DNA of 64,000 nucleotides from Salpingoeca rosetta (lineage: Eukaryota; Protista; Choanoflagellata): NCBI GenBank assembly GCA_033442325.1, contig JAWQFM010000034.1, positions 124,001 to 188,000 on the forward strand. Reading direction: 5' to 3'. The notes under the pieces are model-generated. The model saw nothing but the letters and a program-made list of their open reading frames with translations. It made no database searches and was not told the DNA's origin. This document shows, in pieces, positions 1 to 23,024 of this stretch; positions within the stretch are counted from its first letter, which is position 1; each line of letters opens with the position of its first letter. The position numbers and the translations under genes were made by a program.

Positions 1-499
1 GGAAAGCTAGAAAGTTCTATCCCTGTTTGTTCTCCAGGGGGTACTGTGTTTTGCGAATTGCACGGTTGGCCAGTTTCAAGCTAGCGCAATTCGCAACAGA
101 CGTCAAGGCATGGCAACTGAATTCAGTCTGTAACTAAAATCACACAACACAACCAGCGACACACCCACCATCACCACCACCACTTCCTCTCATCGCCTTC
201 CTTCCCTCCCCACCATTGGAAGACGATCGCACCCAGCCAACCAGCCTGCGAGCCAGCCAGCCAGCCAGGCAGTCCACCTTGCTTGCTTGGCGTTGGGGCG
301 GTCGTTTCCCCTTTGCACGCTTGTTGTTGATAGCCGGGGACATTCGTTGTCCTTCCCTCTCTCGCTCTCTTGCTCTTTTTTTGTTTGCCGCGCTGTTGTT
401 GTGTGGTTGGTCCCCGTTTTGGTGACGAAGTGCTGTTTGGCGTGAAAGTGGGGGTGTGCCTGCATCAGCAGCAGGAGCATCAATCAATCAACCAGCGAC

Positions 500-9950
<9,451 letters not shown>

Positions 9951-11268
9951 TTGTGCCGTGTGACGCCATGCCATTTCTCTCTGTGTGTGTGTATGAATGT
10001 ATGAATGTGTGTGAATGTATGTCTGTGTGTATGTATGTATGTATGAATGTGTGTGAATGTGTGTCTGTGTGTATGTATGTGTATGTATGTGTGTGTCTGT
10101 ATTTTTGTTTGCGTATTTTTGTTTGTAGTTTTGTACGTGTGTGTGTTGGTGCATGCACATGTGTGTGCAGTCTGCGACGCTCTCATTGATCGCATCCATC
10201 CTTCACTGGTTGCTTTTCTTCTGCTTCGTTTCTCTGACTTGCCCATGCCCCTGTCTCCCTTGCTTCTTGCTTTCCCTTATCTTTTTCTTTCGTCCTGACC
10301 TTTTGAAGTGTGCCGGTGGCGTTGATGATTCTGCGACTGCGTGCTTCCCTTCTGCGATTGCGACGATGTGCATAACTGGCCTTGTAAAACATTGACGCGG
10401 CTGATCGTTTGTGCTTCCTGGCTTGACATGAACCAAGGATCGACACACACACACACATCCACTCAAACGTGTTTCATCCACACACATGCACACACATGCA
10501 CACAACACACACAGACAGACAGCACAACACACGCACCACCACATGCACACCCATGCAACAACCCTGCAAGCACTCAAGCCAAGCACGTTTTTGAGTGTGA
10601 AGATACGTGTTTCCGTGCTTTCTTGCGTATCCGTTGCGCGCCACGATTTCTTCGATTCCCATAGACATTTCACGAACATCTTCACCCAATATTCGTCAAT
10701 GACGCAATTTGGCGACTTGAGGGCATCACTCCCGCCCACTGCGAGCACTTCTGGTTTCGTCAACGGCGTGCAAAGTCTCCAACGAACGTCATCATGGAGA
10801 CGTGGCCGTGCACTGTGCAAGCAACAACAACGCACACAACACAACAACACAACCACGTGTCCGGTTCGTGCAAGTGCGTGCAACCCAACTCAAGCTACCA
10901 CCCACCCAACTAAACCCGGCCTTGCATCACGGTTCTTGCATCACCATCAATGGAGTCGGAGGTTAAGCCCCAAGCACCAAAGCAATGAGTGGTGGCAAGA
11001 AGAAGTAATGGTTGGTTGTGGAGCACTGATGATGGCCTGACGACGGTTGTCGGCCTTTCTCCTTTGTTGGCTTTTGTGTGTGCCTTGGTCTTGTTGTTCC
11101 CTTGATGTACTTACTTGGCTGAGTACTTGTATCGGTTGCCGGTGTTCAACGATCATTTTCTCATCGACTTCATCTCAAGCCAACAAGCAAGCAAGCAAGC
11201 AAGAAGGAATCCACCAAGCCCTCGGCTCGCCTCTTTGAACCTCACCTCACACCCCAAGAACACTCAAG

Positions 11269-12088
11269 ATGGACGACAGCGCTATGAAGATCACCCAGGA
11301 GAGCTGGGCCATGGTTGAGCGGGAGATCCCCAACTGGACCGACATCTTCTATGACAAGATGTTCTCCGACCCCAACATTGCCAAGCTCTTTCCCTTCTCC
11401 GCCGGCGACTTCAAGACCAACGAGAAGTTCCAGACGCACACGCAGAAGGTCCGCGACACCATGCACACCGCCATGACCAGCATCCGCGAGTTTGAGAAGC
11501 TCGGCCCCGTCCTGAAGGTACGCAATCCGTGCATGCGTGTGTGTGCGTGTGCGTGTGCGTGCGTGTGTGTGTGTGTGTGTGTTTGTCTTTCTGTCTGTCT
11601 GTCTGTGTGGTTGTATGTGACGGACTCGCGCAGCGTCTCTGGACCGTTTGATGTCGCATTGCCCTTGTTGCTGTTCTCACCTCCGCTTCTGCACTCGCAT
11701 CACCCGTCCACAGAAAATGGGCGAGCGTCATGCCGACTACGGTGTCATTCCCGAGCACTCTGTCAACTTCAAGGAGGCCTTCCTGCACACCCTCAAGACC
11801 GGCTACGGTGACAAGTGGAACGAGGACCTCGATGACGTGAGTCGCTCGTTGCATGCACGCGCACACAATCGCGTGACATAATAACGTGTTGTGATTTTAT
11901 GGTGGTTTGATGACATCCCTTGCTGCGTCACCGCGTCGCACTTGCTTGGCTGCCTGATTCATGCTTTCCTCCTCACCTCACCTCACCCATGTCTTCAATT
12001 TTTGCAGGCGTGGAACCAGTGCGTGGATGCTCTGTTGGAGCCCTTTGAGGACGGCCTGAACGAAGCCCTCGCCGCCAAGAACCAGTAA
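11269..12088 (+). CDS. Single-domain 3/3 globin (neuroglobin/M-family-like), 150 aa
   Basis: Exons 11269-11517, 11714-11836, 12008-12088, all phase 0. Globin signatures: SW (A12), FY (B9-B10), LF (CD1), FQTHTQKV (E7 His), GERH (proximal F8 His), AW (H8). Confidence 0.9.
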
Positions 12089-13447
12089 ACGGGTAGTCAC
12101 ACCCCCACCCGCCACGTTGTTCGCCTGCGGCTAATACCTGTTATTGCAGACTTGCAAGACACCCGTTTCGGGTGATAGCACACGAGGGAGGCACCTTTTC
12201 TTGTTCTCTCCTCCCTCTTTGTTGTCTTTTACGCTCTTCTTCGCTCTCGTCCTCTCTTCTTCTCCTTGATCCCTGCTGCTCCCCAGCGGTTCGTTCCTTT
12301 GCTACGTTTGCCACGTCGATGGGTTGCTCAACAAAAGGAACAGTAGTAAACGAATAGCCACACATCGACACACAAGCGAGATACATGTCGAATGCATGGG
12401 AGAGTCGTGTGTGGTTGCTGAGCGCAAGAAGGGAAGAATGCATATGTGGATGTTGTTGAGGGTCGTAATGTAATGTAACACAACGTGACTGCTTGATGGT
12501 GTGCTTGAGCTGTTTTATGGTGTGACAGGCGTGCTGTTGTCATTGCTGGGAACAAGCGCAAGCCTGCACAACGATCAAAAAGTGAAGGAGGGCGAACGCA
12601 GTGTCAAATGAAGCCAAGGCACGGCGTGGGCATCAAGCAGTTGAAGATCCTCCTCAGACAGTAACGCCTTTGGCGTTCACTAAAGTTTGGTGTGCGAAGG
12701 AATTGAAGGTAAAGTCACCGCACACGAAGCATTTGGTTGAGTTGCAGCGAGGATGAAAAAAAAAAAACGGGATGAGTGCACGTCGTGCCGGTGAGTTCCA
12801 CAAAGCATCAAGCGCGCTACACACACACACACACACAACACATCACACACACACATCACACACATACACACACATCACACACATCACCCACATACACACA
12901 CAACATCACACATACACATACACACACAACACCACGCAAACACAACACACATACACACACACACAAACACACACACAACGCTCACGCTGATCGATGTGAT
13001 CCAGGATCTGACGCATGCGTGCCTTCCTCACCCGCCAGTCCTTGTGAGGTAAGCCCTCCCTTTGTCGCTCCTCCTCCTCCTCTGCGTCCTCGCTTGGCCT
13101 CCTTATCCTCCTTCGCCTACCCACAAGTCCAAGCAGCAGCCCCAACACACGACTCGCAGCGTCACAGCACACGTCCACCACCCACGACAGCATCCGCATC
13201 AACAACCAACCAGAAGGCACTGCCGCCGTTACTACAATACGTGCTGTCCTGAGCCGTCGTCGCAAAATTGAACAATATCGCGCATTCTTGGTGTTTCTTT
13301 CAAAGCTTGCCAGAAATTTCTCCGCCACTGTGTGTGCAGGCTGTTGCGGCTTCAACAACCACGTGTGTGTGTTGTTGTTGTCCTTTGTTCTCTCCTGTCA
13401 CTTTCAGACACCACCCCCCACACTCACTCTCCACCCACAACTGCAGA

Positions 13448-15814
13448 ATGTCAGCAAGAGCAACGACAGCGCTGGCCTTGGCGATCGCCATGGTGCTGCT
13501 TGCCAGCAGTGTTGTGATACATGCCCTTGGCGCCGAAAGCCGCTCCCCGCACGACGACGATGTCGCCATCAACGCAACCCAAGTCGCCTCGCTGGACTTT
13601 GGCGTCAGCGACATGGCCCTGGCGCTTGCCCACCCGCACCACGTCCACCACATCCATCACAACGGCACAGCAAACTCCAGCAGCTCTTCCACACTGGAGG
13701 CCCCCATCGCGTTCATCTCCGGCGGGTGCATTCAGCAGGAGTGGATCAACGCCTCATACCCGGGCTACTACTGCACATCGGTCCTGACCGAAGTCTACGC
13801 TTTCCTCGCCGCCGTCGGCAATGAGCGCATCATCAAGACATGGAGTGCACCCTCCAACCGCTACCGCCACGCCTCCGTCATTGTCGGTTCAAACCTCTTC
13901 CTTATCGGCGGCCGAAACTTCGACGACGGCATCGTCACAACCATGGACATCCTCGACTTCCACACAGGCATTTGGACCAGCGTTCCCAGCGACCTGGCCC
14001 TCTCAGACCACGCTGCTTTCGTCCTCAACGACACCATCTACGTTGTCGGAGGCTACGACGCCACGTACACTGCGCAGAGCAAGATGTACCAGCTGGTCAA
14101 TTACACCGTCAACGGCACCACCTTTGCCGAGGTTGCTGGCGGAGACCTCACAGTCGCTCGTGGCGACTTGTCCGTGACGACTGTCAACTCCACCGTGTAC
14201 GCCGTTGGAGGCTTCACGCACGCCAACAGCTTCACCGACCCGCTGCCCGTTGTTGAGTCGTGGTTGCCTGCGTCCGGGAAAGGCTGGAGACGCGAGCCTG
14301 ATCTCCCCAGTGGTCGAGGCGACAAGGTGGCACTCAACTCGCACAATCACCTCGTTGTCATTGGCGGGGAAACTCGTCACCCCAACAACTCCGCGCACTC
14401 TGTGCCTGTGGATGACGTTGACGTGTTCAACCCACTCACAAGCCAGTGGACTCACCTCGGGCACGTGAGCTTCCCTCGATTCAGGTGCGACGCCTTGTGA
14501 CCGTGATGTGAGAGTGTGTGTTCCTGAATGTTTGTGTATTTGTGTGTTCATGTGTGTGTGTGTACGTGTACGCGTGTGTGTACGTGTCTTTGTCCGTGTA
14601 TCTATGTGTCTTTGTTCGTCTGTTTGTGCGTCATGCGATGCACTGTGTTCGTGTGCTGGCCAGCTTCGCTCGCTCACGCCGACCATCTTCGTTATCAGGT
14701 TTGCTGCTGCGTCCGTTGGGCACTATGTGTACCTGTTTGGTGGACAGGGCGAGCTGGTTGGCGAGCACGGCACCAACTGGTCGTACTACCCGACCCTCAA
14801 CAGTATTGAGCGCTTCCACCTCCCACTCCCGCACCCGCACGCAGACGAGCCCCACGTTGGCACAACATCCATGCCAGTCAACGTGACAACAGCAGCCACA
14901 GCGTCCATGCCAGTCAATGTGACCACAACATCCATGTCAGTCAACCTGACAACAGCAGCCACAGCATCGATGCCAGTCAACGTGAGCACAACAGCCATGC
15001 CAGTCAACGTGACAACCACGTCGATGCCAGTCAACCTGACAACAGCAGCCACAGCATCGATGCCAGTCAACGTGACCACAACATCCATGCCAGTCAACGT
15101 GACAACCACCTCTATGCCAGTCAACCTGACAACAGCAGCCACAGCATCGATGCCAGTCAACGTGACCACAACATCCATGCCAGTCAACGTGAGCACAACA
15201 GCCATGCCAGTCAACGTGACAACCACGTCGATGCCAGTCAACCTGACAACAGCAGCCACAGCATCCATGCCAGTCAACGTGAGCACAACATCCATGCCAG
15301 TCAACGTGACAACCACGTCGATGCCAGTCAACCTGACAACAGCAGCCACAGCATCGATGCCAGTCAACGTGAGCACAACATCCATGCCAGTCAACGTGAG
15401 CACAACAGCCATGCCAGTCAACGTGACAACCACGTCGATGCCAGTCAACCTGACAACAGCGCCACAGCATCGATGCCAGTCAACGTGACCACAACATCCA
15501 TGCCAGTCAACGTGAGCACAACATCCATGCCAGTCAACGTGACAACCACGTCGATGCCAGTCAACCTGACAACAGTAGCCACAGCATCGATGCCAGTCAA
15601 CGTGAGCACAACATCCATGCCAATCAACGTGACAACCACCTCTATGCCAGTCAACCTGACAACAGCAGCCACAGCGTCAATGCCAGTCAACGTGAGCACA
15701 ACATCCATGCCAGTCAGCGCGACCACCACCTCTGTCCATCCCCACTCCTCTCCTGCAACAACAATGCACCCTCCGTCATCCTCAGCAACAACAACAACTT
15801 CAACCACCACCACG

Positions 15815-15901
<87 letters not shown>

Positions 15902-16240
15902 TCTTCGTCTACCTCCACCTCGACGTCCACATCCACCTCGACTGGCGCTGGGTCCTCGTTCCCGGCACAGTCATCCACCAACACGGCACCACCTGTATCT
16001 GGCAGCACAACACCAGCAGCCACGACGACAACAACGAGTGGGGGCCGTGGGTCGACTGCTGGTAGCGGGTCGAGCAAACCAAAGGGGTGGGAGGCAGCCG
16101 TTGGCGTGCTGGTTACGCTGCTGGTGGTCGTTGTTATCGGCGCGTATCTGTATGTGAAACGGAGTGCGAAGAGGGGCGGTGCTGATCAGGTCAACTACTC
16201 GTTTGACAACCCTTTGTACGAGGAAGACATCAACGTGTAA
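13448..16240 (+). CDS. Type-I membrane glycoprotein: signal peptide, Kelch beta-propeller, mucin-like stalk, TM helix, short tail with FDNPLY; apparent 1-nt frameshift near 15460
   Basis: Exon 1 13448-14484, exon 2 from 14699. Signal peptide MSARATTALALAIAMVLLASS. Kelch motifs LFLIGG, IYVVGG, VYAVGG, LVVIGG, VYLFGG. TM AVGVLVTLLVVVVIGAYLYV. Tail ends NYSFDNPLYEEDINV*. The repeat unit at 15453-15470 reads acaacagc-gccaca instead of acaacagcagccaca. Confidence 0.8.
14868..15730 (+). repeat. Coding tandem repeat of mixed 27-nt and 36-nt units (SMPVNV[T/S]TT and SMPVNLTTAATA), ~29 units
   Basis: The core atgccagtcaac recurs at 27- or 36-nt spacing; almost every unit encodes an N-x-T/S sequon. 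Confidence 0.95.
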
Positions 16241-16772
16241 CGGGCTGCCAGCGGGACCTGCCCTTCCCTGCTCCCTAATCGTGTGTGTGTGTGTGTGTGT
16301 GTGTGTGTTTCCATGTGCACCTGATGCCTTGTTGCCCCATTACCCATGGCTAGCAAACAAGCAGACTGCCACTGTCGCTGTGCGGTGCCTTGTTGCGTCT
16401 TGGCTTGCTTCCTCAGCTTTATCTTGCTTGTGCATTTGTCTGTTTCTCTGGTTTTGTTTGTTGTCCTGCATCAATCCACCTCCACCCTCTCCCACACACC
16501 TTCCCCCAAATATTGCTCGAGCGTCTGCTTTGCTCTGCCTGGGCACTTATTTGCCCACACCCGCTTCAGCTTTCTCCTCTTTCTCTCTCCTGCAGTTACG
16601 AACCGTTTCGAGCTTTAAACGACATCACGCCTCGGCTCACGTTGCCAACCATTCGCACACAAACACATGGCCAACTCGCACAAATTACTTGCTATGCCAA
16701 ACACTCATGCACACACACACACACATGCACCACTGGGTTTGCTTATCGAAATATGTGACGCTGCTGGAGCAA

Positions 16773-16898
<126 letters not shown>

Positions 16899-16899
16899 A

Positions 16900-19151
16900 C
16901 TCCTGCGCGCTGTGAGGGCGAGTGCATGAATTCATACATAACGAACGTAGAGGGGGTAATGCACCCACGCAGCTGGACGATGCCCCGATGCAGCGATGGA
17001 GCGCCTGCGTCACTCACGAGTCTCGCCATAGTGGCAGATCAGTCTGATGTCTGTGGAGACTGTGAGGACTGTGTCTGTATGTNNNNNNNNNNNNNNNNNN
17101 NNNNNNNNNNNNNNNNNNNNNNNNNNNNNNNNNNNNNNNNNNNNNNNNNNNNNNNNNNNNNNNNNNNNNNNNNNNNNNNNNNACACACACACAAACACAC
17201 ACACGCACACGTACACACACAAACACACACACACACGCACACGTACACACACAAACACACACACACGCACACGCACACGCACACGCACACGCACACGCAC
17301 ACACACACGCACACATACGCACACACACACACACGCACACACACACACACACGCACACGCGCGCGCACACGTACCTGGGTCTGGGTCGCCGTTTGTTAGC
17401 CTGCGCTTGAGGGATTCGTATGTGATGAAGTATACACCGAAGCTTGGCGCGTCACGCAGCACAGTTACCCACCAGCCCTGTCACCATCATCATAACACAT
17501 GGATGCGTGTGTATGTGTGGACACAACGAGCTGTGAAAGGGTGGCTGGTGCATGTGCAGCAACGTCGTAATCGACACGTGTACACACCAACGGCACACGC
17601 GCAAACACACACACACACACATGAACACGCACACGTGCACATGTGCATGCAAGCAAAGACGAACCTTGAAGAGTCCAAGGACACCAAAGTCCCTGATGAC
17701 AGCCCTCATTTGATACAGCGTGCTTGCCGGCGACTGTCCGGCTTTGTGGGGGAGTGACTTGGCGACTGTTGCCGCCTATACCACGGTGCACACAGGTGTG
17801 TGTGTGTGTGTGTGTGTATGACGGGAAGCGTCGTGTCACCTTTGTGCCATTAACGAACACGCGCATGTGCTGATGCTACCTGTACACGAGACACACAAGA
17901 TGATGCTGGTGGTTACCTGAGCGCGGCACTTGAGCAGCTCCGTGGGCGCAGTGATGGTGCAGCATGCAATCCCAGCCACAGTGCCTGCACACAACAGGTG
18001 ATGGTGGTGGATGAGTGGAATGATGTCGGCAGCAGCAGCACTGCACAGTTGTCACAGGTGACCCAGTCTTCCTCAAGCAGTGACACACACCATCACACAC
18101 CGTCACACACACACACACAATCACACACACACACACGCCATCACGCCATCACACCAACGCACCTGCCACGTAAGACTGGCCGAGGGTGAGCTCATCCCTG
18201 GCGTGCGGCTTGCCCGTGAGCATGCGCGCAGCCAACCCATATGTGCCAAACAGAACCGCGTTCAGGCCACCGACCCCTGCCACGCCATCCATCACAGTGA
18301 AAGGAAAGCAATGTTGCTAGCTATGTTAACACCAATGCGCAAGCTGCTTCACGTCGCTCAGTAGCTCTGTCACGCAAGGGTCGCGCAGCACACATGGTGT
18401 CTGGCCTGTTCCCATCTCCACTGCACACTGGCGCACACCACTGCATACCACTGTCACCAACGTGACACATGCCTCCATACAACTGCCACCACTGCCACTG
18501 ACCAAAGACGGGCGGGCCGATGCCGCGGAAGAGCGATCGCACGCCTTCTTTCTGCACCAGGTCGACCGCTGCCCTGCCTATCGAGTACTGGCCGTGGTGT
18601 GTTTGTTGACGAACCTGATGCAGCAAAGGGTGACATGTTGGGAGAAGAAGGGTTTTGGTGAACGTGTGGAAGGACAGAGCGCACGCGTACGTGTGTGTGT
18701 GTGTGAGTCTGTCTGTCTGTCTGTCTGTCTGTCTGTGTGTGTGTCTGTGTGTGTGTGTGTCTATGTCTGTCTGTCTCTATGTGTGTGTCTGTGTGTGTGT
18801 GTGTGTGTCTATGTCTGTTTGTGTGTGTGTGTGTGTGTATATGTGTGTCTGTGTGGGTGTGGGTGTGGGTCTGTATGTGTGTGTGTGTGTCGGGCCTTGT
18901 CCGTCTTCCACGCGCCCATGAAACAGAGTGTGTGCGTGTGGAGTGGAGTGGAGAGGTTCAAAGACACACACACACACATACGCACGCACGCACACACACA
19001 TACACATACACACACACACGCATGCATACATACACACATGCACGCACACATACATGCACACCTTGATGACGTCGAAGGGATGGCCAACAACAAGGCCAGC
19101 CACGCCGCCGACGATGCCAGCAACAAAGTCGTCCACGCTCTCCGCTACCAT
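16900..19151 (-). CDS. Mitochondrial carrier (SLC25), carnitine/acylcarnitine or basic amino acid carrier-like; 3' part broken by an assembly gap
   Basis: Exons 19151-19062 ([23 protein letters not shown]), 18614-18503 (EGVRSLFRG), 18276-18163, 17984-17917 ([11 protein letters not shown]), ~17757-17665, 17477-17375 ([15 protein letters not shown]). These carry PxDxxK carrier signatures. Beyond the gap a degenerate ...TFVMYE segment lies near 16925-16945; the 3' end is approximate. Confidence 0.85.
17083..17182. other. Assembly gap (100 N)
   Basis: Run of N. Confidence 1.
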
Positions 19152-20006
19152 TGTGATGGTTGTGATGAAGCATGATGGTGAAGGGCGATGGTAGCTGACA
19201 ACACAACACACACCAAGCACACACGAAGCACCCCGCTTCCACATCAACACGTACCCATAATCACTGGCGTTGGTGTTTTGGAGGAAGGACTTCAGGTGAT
19301 GAAATGATGTGACGTGTGTGTGTGTGTGTGTGTGATGTGACATGATGTGATGTGACAATGTGGTGGCTTCGCCTTCCGTTCCCCCCCCCCCACTCTCCTC
19401 CCCCTCCCCTCTCTTCCTTGTCTTTGTTGGTGGCTGCGGTGGTGGTGTATGGGGGGAATGACAGGCTAGTAACGGAAGAAGAAGGAAGGAAGGACTGAGG
19501 GATGGGGATCAGGGAGACATGAGAGGGGCGGGGGGAGGCACAAGGAAGAAGAAGGAAGGAAGGACTGTGCGGGAGGCACCTCGAAGACGCAACCGACCAA
19601 GACAGTAAGGGAAACAAGGCAAAGGGCAGAAGGCAAGGACAGACACGAGACACCAGAGAGGGTGGTAACACACATCTGAGAAGCACACGTTACAACACCA
19701 CACAACCCATGACGAACAAAGGAGTAGCAAGTAGGGGGGGGGGGGGCTTCGACTTGTCAGAAACGCCAAGAAAGCGACAGGGGAACAACACACAAGACAA
19801 AACAACCACAACCACAAGCTCAGTCACACCAGCAATCACAGCAGCAGTAATCACGACAAGCACGACAACAACGCCATTCACAGGCGTTTCCAAGTACAGT
19901 GTGTATGTGTGTGCATCGTGCGCATGTGTGTGCGGTGCGTGCGCATGTGTGTGCACGTGCGTGTGTTGCGTGTCGTGTGTTGCGTGTTGTGTGCATGTGT
20001 GTGCGT

Positions 20007-20205
20007 TTATGCGCGCTCCACGATCATCGCGTGGCCGAGACCGCCAGCAGCGCACGCGGCAACAAGCGCATACTTGCCGTCCTCCTGCACACCACACGAT
20101 GAGGTCGGGAGGGTGGAGGGGTAAATGGTGGTGAGGCGTGGCAATGGTACCGGGGGTGATGACAACGGCAGCAGTAGCAAGGGCACATTGATACACAACA
20201 GGGGA

Positions 20206-20293
<88 letters not shown>

Positions 20294-21075
20294 TACCAAG
20301 CGTACAACTGACGGGGGATCACACACACACACACACGATACCAAGCGTACAACCACAACCACAACCACAACCACAACCACAACCACAACCACAGCAACAA
20401 CCACAACCACAGCCACAACCACATGACACGACACAGCAAAGGGTGGTGTGGACGTACGGCATGGAGGCGGTGTGCGGCGGTGGTGACAAGGCGAACGCCC
20501 GTGGCGCCAAAGGGGTGACCCAGCGACAACGACCCGCCCCAGTTGTTGAACTTGTTCATGTCAATCTCGCCAACCTACATGTCCAGTCGATGGCGGTGGT
20601 GAGAGAGCGAGTTGAGTGAGTGAGTTGAGTGACTGACTGGCTGACTGACTGACTGACTGAGTGACTGAGCAAGTGAGCTCAAACCAGCAAGAAGAAGGAG
20701 AACAACATCAACCCGCATGAGTATCATCGTCGCCGCACCCAATACCAAACGACACACACACAACATCACAACGCCACAACACACCACACCCAAGCAGCGA
20801 GCAGCAAGGTGTGCACCTTCTGGCTTTCTCCAAGGTACTCCTGTGCAAACTTGTCCGAGTTGAGGGCGTTCAGGTTTGCGATAATCTGGCCGGCAAAGGC
20901 CTCGTGGAACTCAAACACGTCAATGTCCTTGAGGGTCAGGCCCGTCTGCTTGAGCAGCTTGTGCGTTGCGTACGTCGGCCCCAGCAGCAGCTGCTCCTTG
21001 GGGTCCTTGGTGGTGGTGACAACACCATTCACATGGTGCCAGGGGTGGTGGCGGTGGTGGTGATGGTGTGTGCGT

Positions 21076-21134
<59 letters not shown>

Positions 21135-22929
21135 TGTGTGTATGTGTGTGTGCACGATCAAGGGTGAGAACGTACGGGGGGGGAAGACGCGCGCACACAA
21201 ACACACGCAGTGACACACATAGAGGCGTCGTTTGAGCACATGCATGAGTTTTTTCGTGTATGTGTGCGTGTTGCGTAACAGTCAACAGCGCTGACGTCAT
21301 TGCATGCAGGCGGGTGGTGATGGCGTGTGCACCGCACCTGTGCGACGAAGACGTAGTTGCGGAGGTACGCGAGCGGCTTGTAGCCAAGCTCTTTCGCCTT
21401 GTCGTCCGTCATCAGCAGACACGCAGACGCACCTACCACACCGCACACGTACACATGAAGCACATGGACGGAAGATGAGGGAAGGGGGTCACAGCAGTCA
21501 TGACAATGGAAACGGTGGCATGGTGACAGTCCCTCCTCTCCGCTTCCCTTTCCACACACACACACACGCACACACACACACACACACGCACACACACACA
21601 CACGCACACACACACACGCACGCACACACGAACAGCACCCATCCACCACATCTTCCACCCCCATCCCCATCACGCATCCAATCACAATCGCGCACCGTCG
21701 GTGAGGTACGACGAGTTGGCAGCGGTGATGGTGCCGTGCGGCTTGACAAACGACGGCTTGAGCTTCTGCAGCTTGTCCATCGTGCCAACGCGCACGCCGT
21801 TGTCGCGGGTGACAAACCCCTTTGCGCGGGCCGAGTAGATGGGCTCCAGGTCCTTCAGGTGACCCGCCTCAAACGCATCCCGCGCAAGCGTGTGCGAACG
21901 CAGCGCAAACTCGTCCTGGATGTGGTGGTGGTGGTGGTGGCGGTGGCGGAAGGGAAGAAAAGGGGTGTATCAGACGTGTGTGTGTGTGCGTGCGTGCGTG
22001 TGTGTGTGTACGTATGTGTGTGTGTGTGTGCGTGCGTGTGTTGTGTGTGTGCGTGCGCGCGCGCGTGCGTTCACACACGAGTGGGATGGTGGACAAGGCA
22101 TTTCTACCCCCCCTTGCAACAGCTTATGCAGGTGTGTGCGCACCTGTTCCTGCCTAGTGACGCCAAACGCGGATGCAAGCCGGTCTGCGCTGTGGCCCAT
22201 CGTCTCGTTGGTCGAAAACTCGGCAATCGCAGGCAGCTGCACACAGCAACAGTTGGTACCGTAGACGGGTGAGGTGAGGGTGGTGGTTGAATGTGAATGC
22301 AAAGAGAGTACGGTGTTGGGTTAGTCATGTGTCGTGCCGGTGGGTGGGTGGGTCACGAGCCGTCAGCGAAGAAGAGCGGCAGTGATGCAAGTGAAGGGTG
22401 CGAACACACATCGTAAATGACAGGACAATGGCATCACTGCATGAGCAGTGGGCGGGTGAGGTGAGTATGGTGGGGAGAATGTGCTGACCTCGAGGCCAAT
22501 GTCCTTGAGCTTCAGCTTGGAGAGCAAGTTCACGTAGCCCATGGGGTCCTTCACTTTGCTGTACACACACACACACACACACACGTGGGCGCATACCGTG
22601 AGAATGCAGCCGTCATGAGCACATGAAAAAACCACAGAGCGTCAACAATCACCAACAAGTTGAGAAGCGGGNNNNNNNNNNNNNNNNNNNNNNNNNNNNN
22701 NNNNNNNNNNNNNNNNNNNNNNNNNNNNNNNNNNNNNNNNNNNNNNNNNNNNNNNNNNNNNNNNNNNNNNNNNNNNNNNNNNNNNNNNNNNNNNNNNNNN
22801 NNNNNNNNNNNNNNNNNNNNNNNNNNNGGTGTGCGCGGGGGTGTTGAGGTTCAGACCGGCCTCAAGCATCGACTGCCACCCACAGACACACACAGAGACA
22901 CACAGACACACAGACACACACACACACAG

Positions 22930-23024
<95 letters not shown>

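Noticed and set aside
10203-11040. ORFs of 184-226 aa between the kinase and the globin
   Set aside because: No recognisable motifs or consistent exon chain; probably UTR or promoter sequence.
14868-15730. CRISPR-like regularly spaced repeats
   Set aside because: Unit lengths are multiples of 3, there are no unique spacers, the array lies in a coding frame, and there are no cas genes in this eukaryotic context.
16920-17082. In-frame TGA and degenerate motifs at the carrier 3' end as recoding or pseudogene
   Set aside because: The segment abuts an N-gap, where low-quality sequence is the simpler explanation.
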